The notes beneath the pieces were generated by a model. That model did no database searches. It saw nothing but the letters and a program-made list of their open reading frames with translations, and was not told the origin of the DNA. Positions 1 to 7,072 of a stretch of 32,000 nucleotides of DNA are shown here, one piece after another. Origin of the DNA: Klebsiella phage JIPh_Kp122; the sequence record MN434095.1. One strand, given 5' to 3'. The number at the start of each line of letters is the position of its first letter. The first letter of the stretch is position 1. A program made the position numbers and the translations under genes.

Positions 1-315
1 TCATGCCACTTTTACCCTCACTACATGTAGATTTTTAATTTTTGCTTTGAGTTTTTCACGCTCAACATCGCTAAGTGGTTCATACACTAGCTCAGTTGTT
101 TTCCACCAAAGCATTCCTTTGGTTTTGCTTTTCCCAGTAAAATTACCTTTTGCTAATTTGTCTGTTAAAACCGACATTGTACGAATCCGTGCTTTATTGG
201 CTGATTCTTCATTAGTGAAGACTACACATCGTTCTCCATCATACATATCAGTTGTGACTGGATGGTCAAATCCGTCTTTATCCTTATACGCTACTACATA
301 TCCATAGTGTTGCAT
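1..315 (-). CDS. hypothetical T4-like early protein (104 aa)
   Basis: Complete ORF in the provided track, abutting the next minus-strand gene. Confidence 0.6.
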   Translation of the reverse strand: MQHYGYVVAYKDKDGFDHPVTTDMYDGERCVVFTNEESANKARIRTMSVLTDKLAKGNFTGKSKTKGMLWWKTTELVYEPLSDVEREKLKAKIKNLHVVRVKVA

Positions 316-1073
316 TACATTTTACCTCTCAAAAGTTGGAAGAAGGACGCAGTCAATGGAAGACCTTTTTTCAATTTTAACTTATCTAACATTGAGCATT
401 CTTCTAACCGACGAAGTGAGTTAACAATTAACCGTATTGATTGTACACGGATTTCAGCATCTGACGGACGATTCGGAACTGATGCTAAAATAGCAGATAA
501 CTTACGCTCAACTTTAGCTAATTCAGACTTACCACCGCTGATACGAGTTCTCAATGCATTAATAAGTTCTAAATCTGCCGAGGTTGCAGTTCCATTCTTT
601 TCTTTTTGCACAAATTGAGAAAGATGATTTTCGCGATTACGTAAGTTAGTTTTAATTGATGTGATAGTTTTTTCGTACTCACGAATCTTTTCCAAACGAG
701 AAGCTTCTTTATCACTTGTTGGCTTAACAGAATCTGAAGAACGAACTATGCGTGCTGCGATTTCATTTGCTTTTCGCTCAAGTCCTTCAATAGTGTTATT
801 TCCACGTAAAGTATTATATTTTTGCTTGACAGGAATAACATTCCCCACTACATATCCTAAATCATTATTCCAGCGTTCAAGCGTCATACTGTCAGGATGG
901 TTTCCTTTGACGGTTCCAAACTTTTCACCTGAGTATGCGCAATGAGTCTGTTGCATGATGTTAAACAGATACTCAGGGGTAAGATTGAACTCCTTGTTCC
1001 GACGCTGGGCAGAACCTAAAGTTGTAATCAGGCGAGTATAAATCTTAGCGGTTTCAGCAGTAAATTTCATCAT
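315..1073 (-). CDS. HNH-like (possibly degenerate) nuclease-fold protein with helical C-terminus
   Basis: Segment HCAYSGEKF...SMTLERWNNDLGYVVGNVIPVKQKYNTLRG resembles the HNH core 'CxYtG...lDRiDn..GYv.gNvv'. The canonical His residues are not obvious. Its position next to a mod gene resembles T4 srd. Confidence 0.55.
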   Translation of the reverse strand: MMKFTAETAKIYTRLITTLGSAQRRNKEFNLTPEYLFNIMQQTHCAYSGEKFGTVKGNHPDSMTLERWNNDLGYVVGNVIPVKQKYNTLRGNNTIEGLERKANEIAARIVRSSDSVKPTSDKEASRLEKIREYEKTITSIKTNLRNRENHLSQFVQKEKNGTATSADLELINALRTRISGGKSELAKVERKLSAILASVPNRPSDAEIRVQSIRLIVNSLRRLEECSMLDKLKLKKGLPLTASFFQLLRGKM

Positions 1074-1150
1074 GTTTTCCTCAAAAATGCTTTCGTCTTA
1101 CTGACGGTATAATGGGTCTAGGTCCCTAGTTCTAGATAATCACTAGTTGA

Positions 1151-1840
1151 CTAAGCTATAGTAACACTAAAGTAGTCCATAAGTAAACCAGATTTTTCAA
1201 CTTTGTTATGACCCACCACTTTGAACTTAGTTCCCATTGGTAGCATCCTTTCTTGTTCTTTATCAATCATCTCGATGTCAGCGCTTCTGCGCTGAGCAAT
1301 GTTATCAATCACATCATTTGGTCGCATGAATTCAGAATCTGGTGCAGTAATTAAAAGCGATTTCATGTTGGTATGATAATCAAATGATTGCTGACAATTA
1401 TTGACTTCAATGACTACAAAGGTCGAGTAATGCCATTTGCCTGCAAACTCTCGGGCGATCGTTTCATCTGTTGTGAATGACGCCACCTTTCCAAAGTCAA
1501 ATTGCTCTCCTTTAATAAGAGCTTCATAAAAGGCTTTAGCCTCACGGCATGATAGACCTCTATAGAGAGTGTCTCTGTTATCAATTTGATGGCGCCTAAC
1601 GATAGAGTCAAGTTTCTTATGAAATTCTTCGCCAATCTTATTGTTCATGCACTGCCACAGAATTGACTGTTCTTTGCAGTCAAAACGATTAGCTAATGCT
1701 TCCCATACGCTTAAATCATATAAAGGTAATCCTTTGCTTTCTCGCGCGAAGTTAAGAACATCAATGGAACGAATGGGTTCTTCGATAGGAATAACCTTTG
1801 ATAATTTTACTGAAATAGATGGGTTTAATGAAATAGCCAT
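1151..1840 (-). CDS. modB: NAD+:protein ADP-ribosyltransferase, ModA/ModB family, closer to ModB
   Basis: R-S-E ART signature: LYRG, ASFTTDE, EQE (KEQERMLPMGTKF). The N-terminal segment EQSILWQCM..K....HKKL is ModB-like. The ORF track starts at 1873, but an early promoter -10 overlaps that position. ATG at 1840 with upstream GGAG is the better start. Confidence 0.75.
   Translation of the reverse strand: MAISLNPSISVKLSKVIPIEEPIRSIDVLNFARESKGLPLYDLSVWEALANRFDCKEQSILWQCMNNKIGEEFHKKLDSIVRRHQIDNRDTLYRGLSCREAKAFYEALIKGEQFDFGKVASFTTDETIAREFAGKWHYSTFVVIEVNNCQQSFDYHTNMKSLLITAPDSEFMRPNDVIDNIAQRRSADIEMIDKEQERMLPMGTKFKVVGHNKVEKSGLLMDYFSVTIA
1158..1188 (-). promoter_or_regulatory. possible early promoter inside the 3' end of modB-like gene
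   Basis: GTTTACTTA...GTTACTATAG; 19-nt spacing to TACTAT. Confidence 0.4.
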
Positions 1841-1868
1841 GATATTCTCCATTTTGGTTACGAGAGGT

Positions 1869-1898
1869 ATCATATCATGGCTTTTTGGAAGAGTAAAC
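1869..1898 (-). promoter_or_regulatory. T4-type early promoter of modB-like gene
   Basis: GTTTAC-N18-TATGAT. Confidence 0.65.
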
Positions 1899-1910
1899 TA
1901 CTTTGTGAAA

Positions 1911-2111
1911 TTATTTTGCCCACGGAGACCAGGGCGGCGGGTCAGACCAGATTGAAGCTAGTTCATCTAGAAGAGCTTCTGGGGCTTTAATACCGTATTT
2001 CTGTATAATTATACGGTATTCATCTTTGATGTCCTTAGAAATCACTGGATGAACTTGAACCTCTTCCTGAGGCTCTTCCATCATTTCAAACAAATCCATC
2101 ACATGAACCAC
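1911..2111 (-). CDS. hypothetical small acidic protein (66 aa)
   Basis: Complete ORF, overlaps the upstream gene by a few nt. Confidence 0.5.
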   Translation of the reverse strand: MVHVMDLFEMMEEPQEEVQVHPVISKDIKDEYRIIIQKYGIKAPEALLDELASIWSDPPPWSPWAK

Positions 2112-2608
2112 TCAGTATTGCGATACAGACAACCACTGCTGTTATATCCATCAGCTGCTTTTTGTAACAGCGGGCTTGGAGCAAGTTTGATAAAATCTGC
2201 GCCCATATATAACCAAACTAACTTAGTAAATTCTATTAGAGAATCTGTGCTATCAATAATAATCTTTTTGCCTCTTGAAATTATGTCATTTTCGTATTCA
2301 TATAAGCTAGTTTCATGACATACATTGGTGTATCCTTTCAAGTGGAGAGCATGCAGTATAGAAACAGGACTTCCTGGAACTGTATCTACGTCAAAGACAT
2401 GAGCAGTCTTAATAATGCCATAATCTTCAGAAGGACACCAACCAAATGCCTCGAATTTATTAATTAAATCTTTGAAATCTTTGTCGAACGTACTGTATAG
2501 AGCAACAGTAAAAATTCTATCTTGGTCTAGACGCAAAGCTCCTTTTGCATCATTTCTTGATTGAACTGCGCGTTGTAAGCTTACTTTATAGATTTTTGCG
2601 TTTGCCAC
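2099..2608 (-). CDS. hypothetical protein, position resembles T4 mrh
   Basis: 169-aa ORF between mod-like gene and soc; colinear with the T4 mrh region. Confidence 0.55.
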   Translation of the reverse strand: MANAKIYKVSLQRAVQSRNDAKGALRLDQDRIFTVALYSTFDKDFKDLINKFEAFGWCPSEDYGIIKTAHVFDVDTVPGSPVSILHALHLKGYTNVCHETSLYEYENDIISRGKKIIIDSTDSLIEFTKLVWLYMGADFIKLAPSPLLQKAADGYNSSGCLYRNTEWFM

Positions 2609-2777
2609 ACATAGCTCCTTCAGTCATGTTGTTGTCTTCAAACCACTTATCATTTGCTTTAATTAAAGCAGGCGCAGCTTTTAGTAATAACGCTGCAGCT
2701 CTTACACCTCTGTACCAACAATCAAAATGAGACTTCTTTAATGGCGATTGATACCAGGGCTTAGTATAACATATCAT
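2586..2777 (-). CDS. hypothetical small protein
   Basis: Complete 63-aa ORF overlapping the next gene. Confidence 0.45.
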   Translation of the reverse strand: MICYTKPWYQSPLKKSHFDCWYRGVRAAALLLKAAPALIKANDKWFEDNNMTEGAMCGKRKNL

Positions 2778-2854
2778 TTTCTTCTCCTCAGTTAGTAGGA
2801 ATAATATACTATTCCCAGTATAGCATAAAAGGACTCCCGGAGGAGTCCTTATTT

Positions 2855-3082
2855 TTATACTTCTGCACTATCTTCAAACATTTTAGCGTTGGTGGTTGCC
2901 CAAGTTGCAGCATCATCAACTACTGTTGAATAAGCAGCTTTTTCAGATGGGAAAATCTGATACTGTGCGTTAGCAATGCGATGTGAATCAGAATACACCT
3001 TAAAAGCTACAGATACTTCAGTACCTTTAACTTCGCCATCAGCAGTGGTATGGTCAAAAGTTTTGATATTTACGTAAGCCAT
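2855..3082 (-). CDS. soc: Small outer capsid protein Soc
   Basis: YVNIKTF...G.EVSVAF.VYSD.H.I..A.YQ.FPSEKAAYSTV matches the T4 Soc pattern. Preceded by late promoter TATAAATA and SD AGGAG. Confidence 0.93.
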   Translation of the reverse strand: MAYVNIKTFDHTTADGEVKGTEVSVAFKVYSDSHRIANAQYQIFPSEKAAYSTVVDDAATWATTNAKMFEDSAEV

Positions 3083-3088
3083 TTTAAT

Positions 3089-3108
3089 CTCCTATTAGTT
3101 TACAGGAG
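3089..3108 (-). promoter_or_regulatory. RBS-sequestering hairpin of soc
   Basis: Minus-strand RNA 5'-CUCCUGU-AAACUA-AUAGGAG-3': 7-bp stem (one G-U) containing the whole AGGAG SD of soc. Confidence 0.8.
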
Positions 3109-3116
3109 TATTTATA
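3109..3116 (-). promoter_or_regulatory. T4-type late promoter of soc
   Basis: Perfect TATAAATA (plus-strand TATTTATA), directly upstream of the soc hairpin. Confidence 0.88.
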
Positions 3117-3948
3117 ATCCATTTCCAAATCTCTTTATCATGTTTATATAATTTTCATCAGGATAACCTAGGCTAACTGCTAGCTTTCTAAAATTGACAT
3201 ATTTAGGTTTGTTGTTATTAATCCATAATTCTCTAAGCTCTTTTTCATAATTCCATTTAAGCTGATTTCTGCGTGCAGTTTTGCTTAAAATTTTTCCTTT
3301 AGCCTTTAAAGCTTTTTCAGATGACTGTTTTATTTTTTGAATATTTAAAACTTCTTCTATAGATAAATTATTTTCCTTTGAATATCTTATGCAAAAATCT
3401 TTTACTGCAGCCATTAGGCAATTTTTGTGAGTACCTAAAATTTCTGGATTATTTTCTTCAACTAAAATTCCCCAATATCTTCGGTAGCGAGGCATATCCC
3501 TTGAAATCCAGTCATTATACCAAAAATCAAAGTTGGAATACATGAAAGATTTTCTTTTGCGAAGAGTATCTTGGTTTATCCATTGCTCACGTTTATCAGC
3601 CCATAACTTAATAGTAAAGTCTTTCTCTAATCCAGAAAGCTTCTTAAATTGTGAGCTATTTACTGAGGTCATTCTCTGGAATGCATTCAACAATCCAAAT
3701 CTTCCAGTTGAACATAAGAGATAGTGAACATATATGTGTTGATATATTGGGAGATATACTCTATTCCAAGGATATATTTTAAAATCACTATACTCAGGAA
3801 ATGCGCATTTAGGAAGTATATGATGGGCTTCTGTCTTAGATTTGATGTGAGCGTTTAACTTATACTTATCTATAACTTTTAAGTACTCATCTAAAAGTTC
3901 CCATTGCGGGAACTTTTCTTTAAGAGCAGATTTGAAATTAATATCCAT
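3112..3948 (-). CDS. free-standing HNH homing endonuclease (Mob-like)
   Basis: EAHHILPKCAFPE..D..IYPWNRVYLPIYQHIYVHYLL is the H-N-H motif of phage homing endonucleases. AT-rich. Inserted between soc and 56, with the start overlapping the 3' end of 56. The track ORF starts at 3963; MDINF at 3948 is also possible. Confidence 0.85.
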   Translation of the reverse strand: MDINFKSALKEKFPQWELLDEYLKVIDKYKLNAHIKSKTEAHHILPKCAFPEYSDFKIYPWNRVYLPIYQHIYVHYLLCSTGRFGLLNAFQRMTSVNSSQFKKLSGLEKDFTIKLWADKREQWINQDTLRKRKSFMYSNFDFWYNDWISRDMPRYRRYWGILVEENNPEILGTHKNCLMAAVKDFCIRYSKENNLSIEEVLNIQKIKQSSEKALKAKGKILSKTARRNQLKWNYEKELRELWINNNKPKYVNFRKLAVSLGYPDENYINMIKRFGNGL

Positions 3949-4459
3949 TATCTTGACGTTCAAAATTATGTTTGTTTTTCAGATAATACAGTTTAAAGAT
4001 TTCTTCAGAATCCAGACCAAGCGCCATAAACATATTCAGAACAAAGTGCAGGATATCAATCATTTCAAATTTGATTTCAAGCTGGTCTTTATCAGACAAG
4101 TCTTTGATATAAGTTTCCTGCATCTTGACGTGGTCAGCTTTCCATGGTTTCCACACAGCACTAGCTGCCTTTTCACCATTACTCATACCGCCAAGAGATG
4201 TCAGAAGTTCGCGGAATTCGTCATCAATGTAATCTTTTTGGTTACGCAGCCACTGCACGATATCACCGGCTTGAGCCAATTCATCAGGATGCATGTTAGT
4301 ACCAGGCTTGTCATTTGCAAGACGAACCTGAAGAGATTTTTGCATATCAAGCATTACTTGCAGAGGGTCACCACCAACTTTGCGTACGATACCTGCGTAT
4401 CGAGCTTCAGCTTTATCTGCACCAGCGATCAGTTGACTACATTCGTTGAAATGTGGCAT
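3938..4459 (-). CDS. 56: dCTP pyrophosphatase (dCTPase/dUTPase) gp56
   Basis: Near-identical pattern to T4 gp56: HFNEC..LI.G.DKA...Y, DDEFRELLTSLG.MS.GEK.ASAVWK.WKA, FKLYYLKNK.NF.RQDNGY. Confidence 0.95.
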   Translation of the reverse strand: MPHFNECSQLIAGADKAEARYAGIVRKVGGDPLQVMLDMQKSLQVRLANDKPGTNMHPDELAQAGDIVQWLRNQKDYIDDEFRELLTSLGGMSNGEKAASAVWKPWKADHVKMQETYIKDLSDKDQLEIKFEMIDILHFVLNMFMALGLDSEEIFKLYYLKNKHNFERQDNGY

Positions 4460-4525
4460 GTTATTTTTCCTTTCAATTAAATTAGATAAATATTATATCA
4501 CTTAACATAAATAGCAGGAGGATTC

Positions 4526-4717
4526 ATGTCTGAAGTGAAACAAGAATGTAAAGACAAGGGAGGATTTGGAAGATATCTTTACGTCGGAATCGCCACTGCT
4601 GCTTTAGCTGCATGGAATTATATGGTAGTTCCATTAGCTAGCGCACACGGGCTAGTTCTTCCTCCAATGCCGTTAGAAAAGGTTGTGTCGTTTATTATGA
4701 CTGGAGGATTGCTTTAA
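4526..4717 (+). CDS. small membrane protein on the opposite strand, holin-like C-terminal motif
   Basis: 63 aa, AGGAGG SD at 4516-4521. AALAAWNYMVVPLASAHGLVLPPMPLEKVVSFIM resembles phage 3-TM holin-like 'W..vv.P.l......pPlpl..l'. Followed by a UUCG-loop hairpin in plus orientation. Confidence 0.75.
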   Translation: MSEVKQECKDKGGFGRYLYVGIATAALAAWNYMVVPLASAHGLVLPPMPLEKVVSFIMTGGLL

Positions 4718-4719
4718 TT

Positions 4720-4737
4720 TAGGGGCTTCGGCCCCTA
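4720..4737 (+). terminator. GC hairpin with UUCG loop after the plus-strand ORF
   Basis: TAGGGGC-TTCG-GCCCCTA directly after stop codon at 4717; the UUCG loop is in plus-strand RNA. The downstream T tract is weak. Confidence 0.6.
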
Positions 4738-5757
4738 TACCCTTGCATATTTGTCAAGACGCAATTTAGCCATTAAACCTTGCGATATATTTTGATTAAT
4801 ATAACATGTTATTTCAGAAGCAGTTGCACCTTCTTTCATAATCATATCATTTATATCTTTACTTTTCCATGGAGATTTATCCCAGAAAACTACCCTTTCA
4901 CCCGCGTCTACTAAACGCTTCATACGCTTAATCGTATCAGGATGACGAGGTTCATTGTCCATAATCCATGCACGATTACCATTACATGGAACCTGTGCTA
5001 AATCTAAAGACCCACCGGTAATTGCAATAGCATTATCAATAAATAACGAATCTATTGGTCCTTCCATGACGAATACGAGTTTTGATTCATCGAGTGTATC
5101 GAGACCATAAATTTTGGTCGCGTGTTCGTGGGCTTTGATTGTGATGTATTTTTGTGGAGCATTCTTTCGTAGTGCTCGTCCTTGAAACGACTCAATCTCT
5201 CCTTTCTTGTTGAAGATAGGAATAACCAAACGTGGTTCGTTCGTCTCATTCTTATAGGTTCCTGGATTAACGGAGTTAACAAGAGAAGGCCATTGGTTAG
5301 TAAACCATAACCTTTTCCAAGAAGTGCTTGGAATACATCTGGCAGTCACGTATTTAACTATCGGATGTTCCTTAGGAAGTCTATCTAGTCTTTCACAAAA
5401 ATTAAGTTTTTCTATTACGGGGAGTTTTGTATTAATTTTCTCAGACGGTTCTACAGCCTTTGGCTTATCAAAGACTTGCTCCTTTCTTTTCTCAAGAAGA
5501 TACTCTCGATAGAGGTCAGGTTCATTATCTTTAAGATACTGCGATAGCCACTTGTTATACTCACAGTTGAAGCAATGACAGCGTAATCCTTGTCCTGCAT
5601 CAAAAATCCAGAACCTGGCTTTATTCATATCTTTCTGTGAGTCACCACAAATTGGGCAACGGCAGTTTAATTTGAACGTTGAAGATGTAGTAACGTGTCT
5701 AAATTTAGGTAAGTGTGATATTGCACGAATTGCAAACTCGTTGTCAACCCAAGACAT
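4735..5757 (-). CDS. 61: DNA primase subunit gp61
   Basis: Zinc-binding N-terminus CRCPICGDSQKD...CHCFNC and TOPRIM-like VFVMEGPIDSLFIDNAIAITG; placed as in T4. Confidence 0.95.
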   Translation of the reverse strand: MSWVDNEFAIRAISHLPKFRHVTTSSTFKLNCRCPICGDSQKDMNKARFWIFDAGQGLRCHCFNCEYNKWLSQYLKDNEPDLYREYLLEKRKEQVFDKPKAVEPSEKINTKLPVIEKLNFCERLDRLPKEHPIVKYVTARCIPSTSWKRLWFTNQWPSLVNSVNPGTYKNETNEPRLVIPIFNKKGEIESFQGRALRKNAPQKYITIKAHEHATKIYGLDTLDESKLVFVMEGPIDSLFIDNAIAITGGSLDLAQVPCNGNRAWIMDNEPRHPDTIKRMKRLVDAGERVVFWDKSPWKSKDINDMIMKEGATASEITCYINQNISQGLMAKLRLDKYARV

Positions 5758-5768
5758 AATATTTCCTC

Positions 5769-5790
5769 TGGCCTTAAACTAATAAGGCCA
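5769..5790. other. inverted repeat between gene 61 and the 54-aa ORF
   Basis: TGGCCTTA-AACTAA-TAAGGCCA; followed by T-rich sequence only on the plus strand. Confidence 0.6.
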
Positions 5791-5795
5791 TTTTA

Positions 5796-5960
5796 TCACT
5801 TTTTCTTGGCAGCATCTTTTTCTGCTTTCCGTTTCTTTGGAAGGGTTTCGGGTCCTTTATTGACAATGTCCCCGGAAGTGGTACCTGATGCAATATTTTG
5901 TGGGCTGCCGCCTGCATCACCAGCGACCATTTCAGTAACAAACTCTTTGTATGTTTTCAT
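5796..5960 (-). CDS. small protein with capsid-targeting-like N-terminus, 61.1-like position (54 aa)
   Basis: Hand-translated: MKTYKEFVTEMVAGDAGGSPQNIASGTTSGDIVNKGPETLPKKRKAEKDAAKKK. Strong SD (AGTAGGAGG). Not in the supplied ORF track, probably because of length. Confidence 0.8.
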   Translation of the reverse strand: MKTYKEFVTEMVAGDAGGSPQNIASGTTSGDIVNKGPETLPKKRKAEKDAAKKK

Positions 5961-5975
5961 AGAGCCTCCTACTAT

Positions 5976-6185
5976 TTATTCATGCGTAATACGTAAGCAT
6001 TTATAAGTAGGATACAGAGTCGGAGACATTGATTTTGGATTGTCTTTGATAAGCATAAACTGCTTGCCTGTATCTTCACACTTTTGCTTAATTACTGCTT
6101 CATCTTTACCTGTGAATGCCATCTTTTCAATAGACATTCCGCCTGAACCCGTAGATAGCGCCATTACTAAAACGTATGTAATCAT
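5976..6185 (-). CDS. small secreted/membrane protein, 61.2-like position
   Basis: MITYVLVMALSTGSGG signal-like N-terminus, two Cys. ATG overlaps the sp stop (ATGA). The track's GTG start at 6197 is less likely. Confidence 0.65.
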   Translation of the reverse strand: MITYVLVMALSTGSGGMSIEKMAFTGKDEAVIKQKCEDTGKQFMLIKDNPKSMSPTLYPTYKCLRITHE

Positions 6186-6475
6186 CCTAAAATCCACTTA
6201 ACAATGTTGAAGTTATCAAACTGAGCATCACAGTAAAGAACATAGTTCAGCTTAAGTGCTGCACCGTCGTCTTTAAGTTCTGCTTGCACTTCTGATTGTT
6301 TGCTTGGGTCTACGTTTTCCACAATATGACCAACATCTGCACGAATCTGCTGAGCTACTTCAGACTCATCAGCAGTCATTGACCACTCGCATAAGTCTTT
6401 GTCATAGTTGGCCATAGCAGGAACTGCAGAGCAACTTGATACTGCGAACACTAAAGCAAGTACAATCTTTTTCAT
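6182..6475 (-). CDS. sp: Spackle periplasmic protein (gp61.3)
   Basis: Signal peptide MKKIVLALVFAVSSCSAVPAMA, then YDKDLCEWSMTADE.EV..QI.AD and NYVLYCD, as in T4 Spackle. Confidence 0.93.
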   Translation of the reverse strand: MKKIVLALVFAVSSCSAVPAMANYDKDLCEWSMTADESEVAQQIRADVGHIVENVDPSKQSEVQAELKDDGAALKLNYVLYCDAQFDNFNIVKWILG

Positions 6476-6485
6476 TTTGGTTTCC

Positions 6486-6764
6486 TCAAGCAGCTTGTAC
6501 GTTAAGAGCAGAAATCAGGCGATAATCACCGTTTGCGTATACTAACATTGACACATTGCCATCAGTGTTTTTGAATGGCTCAACAACTACTAAAACGGTA
6601 TCGCCTTCATCTAATGCTTTTCGTACTACGCCATCACAACGCAGATTAGCATGTGGAGATTTAACTACTTTGCTTCCAACTACCATACCACAATGTGGTA
6701 CAGTTTCCGCTGATTCATCTTTACTCTTAAAGACTACGTCTAATGCTTTTTCAATTGTCCACAT
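6486..6764 (-). CDS. conserved hypothetical (61.4-like position)
   Basis: 92-aa ORF in the 61-41 interval. Confidence 0.6.
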   Translation of the reverse strand: MWTIEKALDVVFKSKDESAETVPHCGMVVGSKVVKSPHANLRCDGVVRKALDEGDTVLVVVEPFKNTDGNVSMLVYANGDYRLISALNVQAA

Positions 6765-6800
6765 GATGTTTTCCTCTACTCGTTTTGTTTCAGTAAGGCC

Positions 6801-6830
6801 ATAGTATCATGGCCTTTGAAGAAAGTAAAC
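6801..6830 (-). promoter_or_regulatory. T4-type early promoter
   Basis: Minus strand GTTTAC(TTT)-N18-TACTAT; -10 lies inside inverted repeat AAGGCCAT-GATACT-ATGGCCTT (6795-6816). Confidence 0.65.
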
Positions 6831-7063
6831 TACCTTTTGAACAATTTTTTCAACAAAATGTCAGAGGTCAGATTCTTGGTGGGTAGATATGTTGCCGAGT
6901 TGACCCAGATGCCATCGCTGTCATACACCTTGACCTCTCCATAGTCGCATACAGATAGGTCTGCTTTGTTATATGCCTCAATGCCTCGATGAATGGTATC
7001 TGTGGCTGTTACAACAAAAGAGTGACCTGACTGGTCACGGACCGCGCTAAACACAAAAATCAT
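6830..7063 (-). CDS. hypothetical protein at the T4 dmd locus
   Basis: 77-aa ORF immediately downstream of 41; no recognisable Dmd similarity. Confidence 0.55.
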   Translation of the reverse strand: MIFVFSAVRDQSGHSFVVTATDTIHRGIEAYNKADLSVCDYGEVKVYDSDGIWVNSATYLPTKNLTSDILLKKLFKR

Positions 7064-7072
7064 AAAATTTAC

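Noticed and set aside
3932-4480. 182-aa plus-strand ORF antisense to gene 56 and the HNH gene
   Set aside because: Lies opposite a confidently identified dCTPase and homing endonuclease, has no plausible SD, and composition looks like a complement artefact.
4506-4513. CATAAATA as a T4 late promoter for the plus-strand ORF
   Set aside because: One mismatch from TATAAATA, but it sits only 2 nt from AGGAGG, so a late TSS would remove or truncate the SD. Kept only as a weak note.
5769-5790. Terminator for the 54-aa gene on the minus strand
   Set aside because: Strong hairpin, but followed by AGAGGAAAT rather than U-rich sequence in minus RNA; also overlaps the gene 61 leader. Listed as a generic inverted repeat.
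5806-6006. 66-aa plus-strand ORF
   Set aside because: Antisense to the 54-aa MKTYKEF... gene, which has a strong SD and a recognisable N-terminal motif.
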